Shown here: positions 37,780 through 52,200 of the stretch, in pieces | Layout: each line of letters opens with the position of its first letter | Numbering within the stretch: the stretch's first letter is position 1 | Source of the DNA: Eledone cirrhosa | Taxonomy: Eukaryota | Direction of reading: 5' to 3' | DNA length: 64,000 nucleotides | NCBI GenBank assembly: GCA_964016885.1 | Contig: OZ024754.1 | Location: 42,470,001 to 42,534,000 of the forward strand | Position numbers and translations under genes: made by a program | Notes under the pieces: generated by a model | Told to the model about the DNA's origin: nothing | What the model saw: only the letters and a program-made list of their open reading frames with translations | Database searches by the model: none

Positions 37780-38005
37780 AGGTTAAAAGGAAATTTATAG
37801 CACAAATGTATGCAGATTTAGCTGGTCTTGTACCTGGAGGCAACACTTAGGTTTCTTTGGTGTTTTAATGATAGGGGATCCAGTCCTATCATGATAAGCA
37901 ACATATAATGAAGCACCTTGCTCAAGAACACAATGCACTGTCCTGTCCAGAAATCTAATTCATGATCATGAGTCCAACACCCTAACCACTAGGCCATACA
38001 CCTTC
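37780..38005 (-). mobile_element. tRNA-derived SINE, family C (A-box TGGCCTAGTGG, tgtgttcttgagcaag core, hairpin-containing tail)
   Basis: Flanked by actatcttaga at 37761-37771 and 38006-38016. Head related to 21925-22010(+); tail related to 49345-49460(+), with the hairpin atgatagg...cctatcat retained in both. Confidence 0.72.
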
Positions 38006-40777
38006 ACTATCTTAGATCTTAAAACAATAAGATTCCCAAGTACAAGAGAAATCAAGCTATTCAATCTGTCCTCAATGACAATATAATAGTACTAGAAAAT
38101 CAATTGTAGATACTGGATTCTTTGTTAGTTGTGTAAAACCACAACATATATATAGTGAAACTTATGTTTTAATGTTTATATTTAAATGTTTCATATTTAA
38201 ACAGAAGCTATTTTCATCAGTTTCAGAAATTATTTTAAAATGTTCTCATGACATTGTGTTATTTTAATAAACTTGAGAATTATATTGGAATAGTTGTCAG
38301 GTGGTACTACGTATGATATCCTACTACTAAACTACTAAATTCATCTACTTCTTTGAGATGACATCTCACACAATCTAACATTAACTACCTTAGTTCTTCA
38401 TTGGATAATTCTGTATCTTCCTCAATGATTTTGTCTTGAGGGGTCTTCTGCATTTGTTTCACATTAGTGGGCTTTCATAGTAAAAGTTTTGTAGCAAATG
38501 TGTTGCTTCATAACATGGCCTACAAGTTGAAGACACCTGATATAGATGTATAGTTAATGGAGAGAGGGTTGCTGTAGAGAATTTGGTTTGTAACATATGA
38601 TCAAAATGTTTGATATTTTTCTCCTTAGCATTCATGTATAGTAACCATCTAAACCTTTGGTGATAGGTATTGTCACTGACCATGATTCATAGGAATACAG
38701 AATTCACAGACTTACTGTCACATCCTGTATCCTTCATACACTTAACAGAATATTTTAAGGAATAGCAAAAGAAGGGTCAAATTAAGTTCAGACAGTTTGG
38801 GGGAAGAAAACAATTGCTGCAAAGAATTAACTTGAAACAAACTGATACTCAGATACTTTTTACTTTAAATCAATTTCTGAATTTGGACATCATACATTTT
38901 TTAATTACTAGAAAACATTATTATAACCAAGTCCATTAAAAGATAAGTACTATAATTTTGAGTTATAAAGATATGAAAACTCATCATCCAATTTTCACCA
39001 TAAACTTATAAGATGAAGAGAATTCTAAAATAAAATAATCAAGCCATTAAGTACGAGATGTTCGATTTCAAATTGAAAATGTTTGAGGAAACCAGACATT
39101 TCATGCTTAAAGAGATAATAGAATCAAAATTATTTAAAGTATAAATTTTCTGAAATCTATAAAATTATTATATGAAAATAGATACCATCTTAGACAAAAA
39201 TAAAATCTATGAATTTCAAAGGCAGATGAAAACTAGACATACTTATTATAATAGCATTTTCAAAACTGTTTTTAAATATTGTATATACTTGTATATAAGT
39301 CACACCTCTGTTTTACATACAACATTTATAATACAACAACAAGCATTTTCAAGGCCGGCATTTTCCTTGCTGAAGTAGGAGTTTGCATCACAGGTTTCAT
39401 TCATACTAATCATGGGGTCATTTGAGGCAATGTTTTATGGACAGATGACTTTTTCAGGCTCCTCTAATAACATGCAGGGATACAGTGTAGCTATACTAAA
39501 CCAGATACCAGATATTTTGTAGGGTCAGTAGATAGGTCACATGCTGGTATTTCACATATTTTTGTGGAAAAAAGGTATGACTTAAACATAAGTATATACA
39601 ATAAAGTTTAAAGGAGACATTGCTTCTAAACCCCCACCACAAGCTTCTTTACCAAATTTAAAAATTACTGTCATATTTTAGAACTTCTTCAAAGAGTTTT
39701 ACTGAAATATTTCCACATGTCAATAGTAAAGGAATATTTATTTGTAAATTTATTTTTAAGGTGATTCAATAAATAACTAACAATATATCACAAACAATAA
39801 TAGACTTCAAAATATAAAATATTTTACACATCAAAGTGATTTGAAAAAATTCTGAAGTATTTTTGCAAGCATTTTTACATAAATAATTTTGAAAAAAGAC
39901 AACATTAAAAATATAAAAAAAAATGAAAATTTTCAATATACTAATTATAACCAGGTGTGTTTTGACTAGATTATAACTGATTGGATAACAAAATATTTTA
40001 TAAAAGCTTTAGTCAGCCTCCTGCAAAATTTGCAATCTCAGAAGGGAGGGTCTTGGATGTAGGGGCCCCAGTTCTTCTATCATTTCAGAATTTCTCTTGT
40101 GACAGCAGATGGGATTTGAACTCAGAACACACTGAGACAGGATAGATGCCATCTGATGCACTATCAATCCTGTCAGCCCACTGCCCTGGATGGGTACTTT
40201 ATAAGCCCCAAAAGAATGAAAAAACAAACTGTCTCCCATAAAAGGTTGAAAAAAATAGTCTTCAATATTTCATCTATTGAAAATCTTTGAAGTAGTAATT
40301 TTCATAACAGGTCAATGTGAATTAAAAGTAGAAGGTTAAAACAACAACAAACAATCATTCAGACAAAATGGTGACTGATTGTATCAGACAAAATGGTGAT
40401 TGTATCAGACAAAATGGTGACTATCAGACAAACAACAAACATTCAGACAAAATAATGACTGTATCAGACAATTACAACTAAACTGACAAGAATCTAGATA
40501 TAAATTTACAATATTGTATTAGACAATACTTCATGCATATGTTCAATAGTTTTCTTAGTAATGATATATGCATGCTACAGGGGAACCAGATAAAAATACT
40601 TGCCCTGAATTGAATCTTTCAAAGCCTTGTGTACTGAAAGAGAGATACTGATAAGAAGAGTGATTCAACAATATTTTAGGGATTAAAAAAAAATTACTGT
40701 CAAATAACAAAAAAAAAAAAAAAAAAAAAAAATAAGTAAAAAAAAAAAAAATAAATAAAATGATTGAAATATATTAA

Positions 40778-41062
40778 CCCCTTAGCATTTAAACCAGCCA
40801 CATCCGGCCAGCATTCTCTCACCTCTTTCTGTTCAAACTGACTGTAACCAGCCACTCATGCTGATGTTAAGGTATTTTTTCAAAATAATATCAAAATCTT
40901 AGATTCAATATTATGTGAGATAATTATGTAAGCTAAAGAGAGAGAGAGGGAGGGGGAGAGAGAGGGAGGGGGAGAGAGGGGGAGGGGGAGAGGGGAGAGA
41001 GGGGGAGAGAGGGAGGGGGAGAGGGGAGAGAGGGGGGAGGGAGGGGGAGAGGGGAGAGAGAA
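40778..41062 (+). mobile_element. Truncated family A MITE followed by a purine (GGGGAGA)n tract
   Basis: TTAA|ccccttagcatttaaaccagcc... breaks off at about 40937 into a G/A-only tract. Confidence 0.8.
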
Positions 41063-41153
41063 GTTTGGAAAGTGGCATATAATGCTTTACTGTAGTCAAC
41101 TTTGTTGCTTGAACTGTAAACTTTGTCAGTGGTAGCCCTTCATAAAAATTTAA

Positions 41154-43850
41154 CCACATATACCAGACAGGTCTGACAGAGATGGTATAGAGTACTCCAT
41201 CACATATACCAGACAGGTCTGACAGAGATGGTATAGAGTACTCCATCACATATACCAGACAGGTCTGACAGAGATGGTATAGAGTACTCCATCACATATA
41301 CCAGACAGGTCTGACAGAGATGGTATAGAGTACTCCATCACATATACCAGACAGGTCTGACAGATGGTATAGAGTACTCCATCACATATACCAGACAGGT
41401 CTGACAGAGATGGTATAGAGTACTCCATCACATATACCAGACAGGTCTGACAGAGATGGTATAGAGTACTCCATCACATATACCAGACAGGTCTGACAGA
41501 ATGTATAGAGTACTCCATCACATATACCAGACAGGTCTGACAGAATGTATAGAGTACTCCATCACATACCAGACAGGTCTGACAGATGGTATAGAGTACT
41601 CCATCACATATACCAGACAGGTCTGACAGAATGTATAGAGTACTCCATCACATACCAGACAGGTCTGACAGATGGTATAGAGTACTCCATCATATACCAG
41701 ACAGGTCTGACAGATGGTATAGAGTACTCCATCACATACCAGACAGGTCTGACAGATGGTATAGAGTACTCCATCACATACCAGACTGGTCTGACAGATG
41801 GTATAGAGTACTCCATCACATATACCAGACTGGTCTGACAGAGATGGTATAGAGTACTCCATCACATACCAGACTGGTCTGACAGAGATGGTATAGAGTA
41901 CTCCATCACATACCAGACAGGTCTGACAATGTATAGAGTACTCCATCACATACCAGACAGGTCTGACAGAGATGGTATAGAGTACTCCATCACATATACC
42001 AGGCAGGTGGTCTGACAGAATGTATAGAGTACTCCATCACATACCAGACTGGTCTGACAGAGATGGTATAGAGTACTCCATCACATACCAGACAGGTCTG
42101 ACAGATGGTATAGAGTACTCCATCACATATACCAGGCAGGTCTGACAGATGGTATAGAGTACTCCATCACATACCAGGCAGGTCTGACAGATGGTATAGA
42201 GTACTCCATCACATATACCAGACAGGTCTGACAGATGGTATAGAGTACTCCATCACATACCAGACTGGTCTGACAGAAATGGTATAGAGTACTCCATCAC
42301 ATACCAGACTGGTCTGACAGAGATGGTATAGAGTACTCCATCACATACCAGACTGGTCTGACAGATGGTATAGAGTACTCCATCACATATACCAGACAGG
42401 TCTGACAGATGGTATAGAGTACTCCATCACATACCAGACTGGTCTGACAGATGGTATAGAGTACTCCATCACATATACCAGACAGGTCTGACAGAATGTA
42501 TAGAGTACTCCATCACATATACCAGACAGGTCTGACAGAATGTATAGAGTACTCCCTCACATACCAGACAGGTCTGACAGATGGTATAGAGTACTCCATC
42601 ACATACCAGACTGGTCTGACAGAGATGGTATAGAGTACTCCATCAGATACCAGACACGTCTGACAATGTATAGAGTACTCCATCACATACCAGACAGGTC
42701 TGACAGATGGTATAGAGTACTCCATCACATATACCAGACAGGTCTGACAGAGATGGTATAGAGTACTCCATCACATATACCAGACAGGTCTGACAGAATG
42801 TATAGAGTACTCCATCACATACCAGACTGGTCTGACAGATGGTATAGAGTACTCCATCACATACCAGACTGGTCTGACAGATGGTATAGAGTACTCCATC
42901 ACATACCAGACTGGTCTGACAGATGGTATAGAGTACTCCATCACATACCAGACTGGTCTGACAGATGGTATAGAGTACTCCATCACATACCAGACAGGTC
43001 TGACAGAGATGGTATAGAGTACTCCATCACATACCAGACAGGTCTGACAGAGATGGTATAGAGTACTCCATCACATACCAGACTGGTCTGACAGATGGTA
43101 TAGAGTACTCCATCACATACCAGACTGGTCTGACAGATGGTATAGAGTACTCCATCACATACCAGACTGGTCTGACAGATGGTATAGAGTACTCCATCAC
43201 ATACCAGACAGGTCTGACAGAGATGGTATAGAGTACTCCATCACATATACCAGACAGAGGTGGTATAGAGTACTCCATCACATATACCAGACAAGTCTGA
43301 CAGAGATGGTATAGAGTACTCCATCACATATACCAGACAGAGGTGGTACAGAGTACTCCATCACATATACCAGACAGGTCTGACAGAGATGGTATAGAGT
43401 ACTCCATCACATATACCAGGCAGAGATGGTATAGAGTACTCCATCACATATACCAGACAGAGGTGGTATAGAGTACTCCATCACATATACCAGACAGAGG
43501 TGGTATAGAGTACTCCATCACATATACCAGACAGGTCTGACAGATGGTATAGAGTACTCCATCACATATACCAGACAGGTCTGACAGATGGTATAGAGTA
43601 CTCCATCACATATACCAGACAGGTCTGACAGAGATGGTATAGAGTACTCCATCACATACCAGACAGGTCTGACAGATGGTATAGAGTACTCCATCACATA
43701 TACCAGACAGGTCTGACAGAGGTGGTATAGAGTACTCCATCACATATACCAGACAGGTCTGACAGAGATGGTATAGAGTACTCCATCACATACCAGACAG
43801 GTCTGACAGATGGTATAGAGTACTCCATCACATATACAAGACTGGTCTAA
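41154..43850. repeat. About 40-44-bp minisatellite, 2.7 kb (roughly 64 units)
   Basis: Unit ccatcaca(ta)taccagacaggtctgaca(ga)gatggtatagagtact; length variants arise from TA/GA slippage; diverged copies at 43830-43920. Confidence 0.97.
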
Positions 43851-45966
43851 CAGCTGGTGAGGAGTACTTAACCACTTAACCCCATATACAAAACTGGTCT
43901 GAAACCTGGTGGGGGGAGTAGCAACAACAATTTAACCACACATACAAAAAAAAAAATATTTAAAAAAAATAAATAAATAGCAATAAAATGAATTGAAAGG
44001 TAACCAAAAATTAAATAATTAAGTCGGCAAATTAAGCACATCCAAAGTATAATTGCTGAGGTTGATGAATACCAGTCTCTTTCAAAGAATAATTACAGAT
44101 GGCAATGAGAACTTAACAACACTAATGAGATGGTAAAAAGAAATTGTGTGGATTGGTTGACAATTAAGAAACAGGTTTGGATTGCCTATTATCATCAGCT
44201 TTCAACTGAAATAACTGAGACAAGGTTAAGATGGACATCAGCCATAAAGTTAACGCACGTATTTCATTGAATCATAATCTTTTATAATATAATCTAATTC
44301 AATTCAATTAAAGTTGGTTTATGTCTATAATTTCTTGAAAACAATACAGTAACTTAGTATCTAAAAGGTCACAAATTTAACTTTATTACAATCTCCTAGT
44401 TTCGGTGCCATGATAAAATGCACCCTGTTCACTCTAAAGTAGTTGGTGAGAGGAAGGGCACCCAATTGTAAAAAAAAAACATGCCAAACCTGGAATGTAT
44501 GCAAGTGTACACTCCGGTCTGTCTTTGAGGACAGTAGCACTAATTAAGTACTGACTTAATCTGTGACAACCTGTCCAATCTATGCCAACATGGAAGAATG
44601 GATGTTAAACAAGGCTGATGATAATGATTTAAACAGAAAATTATCAGCAATTGCTAGCTCATGGCTAAGGTTTTGAAGCTTCAGTCAAATAGTTGAATTT
44701 ATAGAATCATTCAAACTATGCTTGCAAGGAATATCAAATGTAGAAGTTAGAAAATAATAAAAATATTTCTAGATTATCTTAATATATAATTCTAGACAGG
44801 ATACTTAATTAGTAGTATCAGTAATGAATTCCATTGAATTCAATCAACTTCTCATCCTCAAATAATTTGTTTTGTTGCCATTTAAAACAATATTGTTATT
44901 GCTATAAATAAAGACATTTAGCTTTTTATAAGATTTTCATGAGAAAAGCTAAGTACCAGTGAGATAAGAATGTGAGCTAGATAACAAAATTATCAACTGA
45001 TGTATATAGACAAGAGATGCTCTTGTATTGTGAATGGGTGATATCTACTGGTAAAAAATGTTGCTTTGGTGGGAAGTATGCTTAGTATATCGCTTTCTCT
45101 ACTGGCAAGGGTTCGACAGGTCTACATAGACCAAGTCAGTACTGAAGTAGGGCTACTGACCTCCCAGAGAGGCTGAGGGGTCTGCAATCTGCTTATGTAC
45201 AATCATACATTCTATCGAATACCGAGGAGAAGTTGTGTCTTTTGACACAAACTGAAGGGTCTACCTAATCCCTTGTTTATAAATGGAAAACTTCTTTGAA
45301 AAAGTGTTAGGGTCAAATCTATAAAAGTTGAGCCTCACAGAAGAAACAGATTTAAGGTATAGAAATCTATTTTCATGTCCAATCAATCCTTAAGTACAAA
45401 ATATATTTTAAATGATTGTAAAACAAATCAATATTAGAAATGGTGTTTAAAAACAGAATCAGTTTAACCCTTTTGATATCAATCCACATAGGACCATCCC
45501 CTGATTTTATGATCCAAAATTGTTCATTTTAAAGTACATTATTTAAACTTTAAACCTGTTCTCAAAATTTATATATAAAAACATTAAGTTGCTAACAGCA
45601 GCTTCATAATAGAGAAATTAGTTATTTTACTAAATCCCTCCTAATTCTTGATTATTATTAAAAAAATAACTGAAATAAGGGGACAATAGTTAAATATGGC
45701 TGTGTAGTTAAGGAGTTTGTTTTGCAACCACATAGTTCTGGGTTCAGTTCCTGTAGCACTTTAGAGTGTGTCTCCTATAATAGCCTCGTGTTGACCAATG
45801 CCATATTTGGTAAACAGAAACTGCAAAAGTATGTCATATGTATAGGTATATGGGCTGGAGGAGGTTTAGGAAGTTAGTACCTCTGCTGATAACGGGGAGT
45901 AGCCCTGAAGTGTCAGCAGCTCTGGTTAAATAATGACTTGGTCTGTGGTGACTCATCGAAACATTG

Positions 45967-46013
<47 letters not shown>

Positions 46014-46195
46014 TGTGTGTGTGTGTGTGCGTGTGTTGTTGTTGTCGTCCATATCTATGTTTATGTTTGCAATTTAAAAAAGGAGGTTGATAAAATAAGT
46101 ACCAAACTTGAAAAAAATAAAAAAATACTGAAGTGGGTATAATCGGTTAAATGAAGGTCATGCCTCAGTTTCGCGGAAGTTTAATGACCAATAAA

Positions 46196-46557
46196 TAGCA
46201 TTTAAACCGACTGTATTTGGCCAGAATGGTCTCACCTCTCTCTGCTGAAGCTGGCCACTCACACTTATGTTAAGGTGTTGTTCTCAAATTAAATACAGTG
46301 AAATTCCGTTATAACGAAACTCACAGGGGTATAAAAAAAAATTTGTTGTAACAAAAAATTCTTTAAAACAAGATCGACCAAATCAAGCGTTTGTTTGTTA
46401 TTACCTTGGGGAGTGAAAACATTCGTTATAATGGTATTTGTTATAACGGAATTTTACCTGTAATATCAAAATCTTACAGATTTGATATTATGGGAGATAA
46501 AGCCTTTATTACGGAAATACAAAAGTATATATATAGAGTAATGTAAATTCTAAAGAG
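46196..46557 (+). mobile_element. Family A MITE with a nested pogo/Tigger-like MITE
   Basis: Host sequence ttctcaaattaaa-TA-[46296-46460]-TA-atatcaaaatc. Confidence 0.85.
46296..46460 (+). mobile_element. pogo/Tigger-like MITE with TA TSD
   Basis: TIR CAGTGAAATTCCGTTATAAC / GTTATAACGGAATTTTACCTG; second, inverted copy at 61995-62138. Confidence 0.88.
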
Positions 46558-46621
46558 TTAAGAAAGTAAAATGATAAGCATTTTTGTTTTTTGTTTTTGT
46601 TGTTGAATAGACCATGAGATA

Positions 46622-47112
46622 TTCCATGGAGGTTTTAAAGGATGCAGTGTCTCGGCAGTTAACAACTGATGCAGGTAGTTTGTTCCATGGAGGTTTTAAA
46701 GGATGCAGTGTCTCGACAGCTAACAACTGATGCAGGTAGTTTGTTCCATGGAGGTTTTAAAGGATGCAGTGTCTCGGCAGTTAACAACTGATACAGGTAG
46801 TTTGTTCCATGGAGGTTTTAAAGGATGCAGTGTCTCGGCAGTTAACAACTAATGCAGGTAGTTTGTTCCATGGAGGTTTTAAAGGATGCAGTGTCTCGAC
46901 AACTAACAACTGATGCAGGTAGTTTGTTCCATGGAGGTTTTAAAGGATCAGTGTCCCGACAGCTAACAACTGATGCAGGTAGTTTGTTCCATGGAGGTTT
47001 TAAAGGATGAGGTGTCTCGACAATTAACAACTGATGCAGGTAGTTTGTTCCATGCTTCAGCAACTCTGAGCGTGAAAAAATGTTTCCGAAAGTCATGGGA
47101 GCTGTACTGTTT
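46622..47112 (-). mobile_element. CR1/L2-type LINE C-terminal fragment whose last 61 bp are tandemly repeated about 7 times
   Basis: KQYSSHDFRKHFFTLRVAEAWNKLPASVV.CRDTASFKTSM (FF..RV...WN.LP..VV....SFK motif); unit starts at 46624, 46685, 46746, 46807, 46868, 46929, 46989. Confidence 0.85.
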
Positions 47113-47119
47113 TTTTAAA

Positions 47120-47472
47120 GATGACCAGGAAATGTTTTATTGTGTAGATTATAGAGGTGACCATGAGAAGTTTTATTGTGTTGTAGACTATAAAGATGAC
47201 CATGAGAAGTTTTGTTGTGTAGACTATAAAGGTGACCATGAGAAGTTTTATTGTGTAGACTATAAAGATGACCATGAGAAGTTTTGTTGTGTAGACTATA
47301 GAGGTGACCATGAGAAGTTTTATTGTGTAGACTATAGAGGTGACCATGAAAAGTTTTATTGTGTAGACTATAAAGGTGACCATGAGAAGTTTTATTGTGT
47401 AGACTATAGAGGTGACCATGAGAAGTTTTATTGTGTAGACTATAGAGGTGACCATGAGAAGTTTTGTTGTGT
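47120..47472. repeat. 36-bp minisatellite, about 10 copies
   Basis: Unit gaccatgagaagttttattgtgtagactatagaggt. Confidence 0.95.
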
Positions 47473-48045
47473 TTGTCCTTGTTTAACATGACAACAATTA
47501 GAGAAAATAGCAATAATTGAAAGGTTTCACACAACATTCTCTCATTGGTGAAAGTGTTTTGTTTTTCAAATGACACACATTAACCTCAAATCACAAATAT
47601 GCAGAAGCTGGCTATAAGGGCCAGTGCAAGAGTATGAAATTGCAGGTTTTTCATGTTACAAGTATATATCTCTAGACTTGCATAAGACCAAACTAGCTAT
47701 TAGGAAGCAAAGACGTTTATTATCCACTGATAGTCAGAAATAGGTTACAAGGTAACAACACAAACAGTACCTAGGTCAATTTTAATTATGTGGAAGTGTG
47801 AAAAGCCAGAGCATACTAGTAAATCTATTTAGTTGGAAACATTCTTTAGTAGGTAAGGTGGGAAAGAGGGATATATCTTTCAAGACAGAACATGTTTTGA
47901 CTTTGATTATTATGTTATCAGAAATTAAACTAAAAATGGGGAAATTATCATATGAAATATTTTATTGGCCAACATTTAACCCTTTACCATTTACATTACC
48001 CTATAACTATTATATTTTCACAGTAACGGCTTTACTCCACATAAT

Positions 48046-48212
48046 ATCACAACATTATCAAACCTTTCTACCTCTCACCTCTAGTCCTCACATCACACAA
48101 CATTATCAAACCTTTCTACCTCTCACCTCTAGTCCTCACATCACACAACATTATCAAACCTTTCTACCTCTCACCTCTAGTCCTCACATCACACAACATT
48201 ATCAAACCTTTC
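48046..48212. repeat. 48-bp tandem repeat, about 3.5 copies, abutting a truncated family A MITE end (47977-48045)
   Basis: Unit atcacacaacattatcaaacctttctacctctcacctctagtcctcac. Confidence 0.9.
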
Positions 48213-48583
48213 CCTTTCTGCCAAATAGACCCAACATCTAGCTTCTCTCCTTGTTAGAGATGACCATTAACAGAAGCTTTATAACATCTCTCTCCCCCTC
48301 TCTCTGGCACAATATAACCTCTCTCCCTCTCTCTCTGACACAATATAACTTCTCTCTCTCTCTGGCATAATATAACCTCTCTCTCCCTCTCTCTGTCACA
48401 ATATAGCCTCTCTCTCTCTCACAATATAACCTCTCTCTCCCTCTCTCTCTGGCACAATATAACCTCTCTCTCCCCCTCTGTCACATGTTTATAGATATAG
48501 GACCAGATCATACATTAAAACATTAGTAAATATAAGTCTTAAAAAATAAAAACTGGTGTGGATATGATTTTTTTTTTTAAAGT

Positions 48584-48766
48584 AGTGCCACAGTATGGCC
48601 ACAGTGTCTAAAACCAGTAAAATAACAGTGCCCCAGTATGGGCACAATCTAATGTCTGAAATCAGTAAAAGAACAGTGCCCCAATATGGCCACGGTCTAA
48701 TGCCTAAAACCAATAAAAGAACAGTGCCCCAGTATGGCCACAGTCTGTCTAAAACCAGTAAAAGAA
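48584..48766 (+). repeat. Four tandem copies of the SINE family B 3' tail
   Basis: agtgccccagtatggccacagtctaatg.ctaaaaccagtaaaagaa matches 28003-28050. Confidence 0.85.
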
Positions 48767-49073
48767 TAGAAAAACAAAAACAAACCAGTAAGAACCATTT
48801 TAAGTAATATGTCATGAAGTGAAAATTCTATCTTGCCAAAAAGAACAATCTATGAGTCAGTGATGAATAACATGTTCAGTCAAGTTAAAAACCATTGAGA
48901 CATGTTGGGACTAACAATTGTTCTGAGAGAGAGAGAAAGGTGTAGATAGAATGAGTGGAGAATTATTTGGAACATTAATAATATTTTTTTGTAAGGTGTT
49001 GCATAGTTACAACATTCTTAACCTCATATAATCACACAAACTAAAGAGAAACAAACAAACATTTTTACATTAA

Positions 49074-49296
49074 CCGTTTAGCATTTGCATTACTCTATAT
49101 ATATTACTGTATTTTTGTGGTAAAGGCTTTACCGCACATAATTATTTCCCATAATATCGAATCTAAGAGATTTTGATGATATTATTTATTTTGAGAACAA
49201 AACTTAATCTCAGTATGAGTGGCCAGTTATGGTCAGTTTGAATAGAAAGAGATGAGAGAATCCTGGCCAGATATGGCCGGTTTAAATTCAAAAGGG
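49074..49296 (-). mobile_element. piggyBac-type MITE, family A
   Basis: TTAA-flanked; reverse complement of 60541-60757. Confidence 0.88.
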
Positions 49297-52200
49297 TTAA
49301 CATAAACTAGTTCTGTTCTACTGAAAAAAAAGTATGGCTTAACCTGTTTATGATAGGACTAGATCCCCTATCATTAAAACACCCAAGAAACCTCTTATCA
49401 GCTGCAACCTTGTAGGAAGCCAGCTAAACCTGCATAGGTGTGAATAGTAAATTTCATTTTATTCTCATTATCAAGTTGGTGTTTAGAACATATCTAAAAA
49501 AAGTTTTTTTTATATAAGATTATAGTGGAAAGTTTTTAGAATTATATAAAATAAACTGTAGAACCAGGTAAAGTTTCAGAGGAATTAGTATTAAAAGGGT
49601 TAATGGCAAAAGTATGAATAATTCACTAAAGTAAACTAGAGACAAGGTAAATTTCTGTTCCACACTTATCAGGTGTAACTAACTTTGAGAAAGTTTATTC
49701 ACCAAACAAATGTTAGAGAGAGAAAAGAGTATAATATTGACACATTCAATATATTTACATTGCTGATAACCTTGCTAGGTTCATATAAATATACTGATTA
49801 GTTATTTCAGAAACAAATGGTACATTGAGAGCTAGCAAACTGATATTGATACATTACACACATACATACATACACGTGTGTGTGTGTATTTGTGAATACA
49901 TGTATGGATACGTACACGTGTGTTTAGATGCCTGCGTCCAAGTATGTATATATGCATGCATGTATGTAAATGCATACTTGCAAGTGTTTATACATGTATG
50001 AATATACACATGCCTGCAAGTGTATATGCATGTTTGTATGTATATATGCATACATATGTATATAGGCATGGTTGCAAATATATATGCATACATGTATGTA
50101 TATATGCATGCACGTATATGTTTGGAGAACAAGATTTCTTAAAGATATTTCATTAGAAATATTTTAGTTTCTATTTTATTTCTAATATTTCCTCAATAGT
50201 TTTTGTTGTTATTGCCAATAAAGATGAAAGGGGGCAGAAAACAAGAGAACAGAGTATTTTGCCTTGTTATGGCCACAGTTCAAATCCCACTTTTGCCTTT
50301 AATCCCCTCAGGGGTTAATAAAGTAAGTAACAGTAATGTTTTCCACCCAGTTGTTTTTTTGATCCACTGTCAGATAGAAAACCTCAGTAACTATTTTGGT
50401 TTTAGGCCTACTCTCAGGTCTCAATCACTCACAGACCCCACCACAATTTTTCAGATACTTTCCAACCCCAATGTTCCAACAACAGTTAACTTGCTACCTT
50501 TTAACAGTAATATACTAGAGTCAATTTAATCAACTCTGCCTTTACCTTTTTCAATGTGGTCTGCTACTAATGGAAGAAATTCTTATTGTAATTATTGGTA
50601 GTCATTTTTCAAAGTCCATATTGTTAGTGATTCAAGATTGCAATATCATATCTTTCAGGGTATGTATTGTGAGTGAATTTGGTAGATGGGAACTGTTGGA
50701 AGCCCATGTAAACATGTATGTGTGTGTGTGTCACCTCAAAATATCATCTTGACTTCTGTTTATAAAAAATGCTAGTAGTGACAATTTTTATACCCACCCC
50801 AATAAAATAATATGTACTGCAGTACCATGGTTTGACAAATGTTAGCAATATATATGTATAAAAAATAAAGTATGGGTTGGCATCAGGAAGCATATTTAGC
50901 CATAGAAAACTTGCTTAAATAAGTTTCATCCAAACCAAACAAGCATGGAAAAGACGGGTGTAAAAATGATTTTTCTCTCTCTCACACAGACACACACACA
51001 CGCAGGTTGGCAAAGAAATTGCAATTAAATCTAAATTTATCTTCAGTTGATTTTTTTTTTTTTGTTATTTATTTTCTTTTGAATATTTAAACATAGATTT
51101 TAAAGTTGAGGGAAATTCATTAAAGACATATTTAATTTCAGTTTTTATTTCTGAAAGCTTTACTATAATTGTTGATTTAGTTAATGAAGGAGCATTCCTA
51201 TTTTAACCATAAAACTTCTAATAAAACTAATTGACAAAAATATTTTTTTCTTAAAATATTTATAAAAAAACGTAATTGTGCTTTATATATCTCGTATGCA
51301 TCTCAGTCAAATTTAAAAGAATTATGAAAATAATACAATAAAAAACTAAAGAATTTAGCAACATATTCAACTAAATTTTCTCATTAATTCTCACTGCTAC
51401 AAAAGAAACAGAAATGACTACAAAATAAAATCAATCAATTTAAAATAATTGATTTTATAATAAAAGAGATCAAGCTTCTAATGCAAATGTGATAATGTTA
51501 GATATAAAAAAATTCTTTATTATTATTATTTCTCCTCTTTTTTTAGATGAAAAAAAAAATAATTTCAAATATTAGCTTGGTTTTATTTCCTCTTTGAAAA
51601 GCAGATCACACTGTGTTGGTTTCTCTACGGACAGGAGAGTTAGCCAAGTGTTTATAAAACTGACTTTTTTCTTGGGTTCTTGCTGCTTCTGAATCATATT
51701 TTTAGGTCCTTTATAATACTTGCTAAACCCTTTTGTTACCATATTTTAAATGAAACATTGTATTTCAATTAATTATTAGAGACTTTTGAGAAATTTACTA
51801 AAATTATTAATTATTTCATTATTAAAATGGTATTTATTTGTAACATAATAAATGGTAATTATATAAGATTATGTTGGAGAATTTTAATTTAAAAAGGAAC
51901 CCCTTAAATTGGGTGATTTTTTTCTTAGGTTTTAAAATATATAAAATTTTAGAATATGAGATAACAAGCAAGAATTGTATAAAAATTGTCCAACTTAGGA
52001 ACTAATCATTCTGAGCAATTATTCAACATCTTTTTAGATTCTTTCTATTCTTGAACTCATCACAATATCATATAATGATGATGGAGTATTAATAAATATT
52101 TCCGTTTTATTCAGTTGATTGTAATTGTTACAATGTAGGCTGTGAATTGGTTAAGTCCTTAGAACATCGGATAACATACTTTGTGGGTATCATTCTGGCT

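Noticed and set aside
38420-38740. Complex-looking stretch with a 74-aa ORF (similar unexplained stretches at 32880-33370, 34590-34800, 45080-45270)
   Set aside because: No recognisable motif; probably old TE relics, but cannot be assigned without a database search.
46973-47576. Repetitive ORFs (DHEKFYCVDYRG)n and (HNKTSHGHLYSL)n as host genes
   Set aside because: Products of a 36-bp tandem repeat adjoining a LINE fragment.
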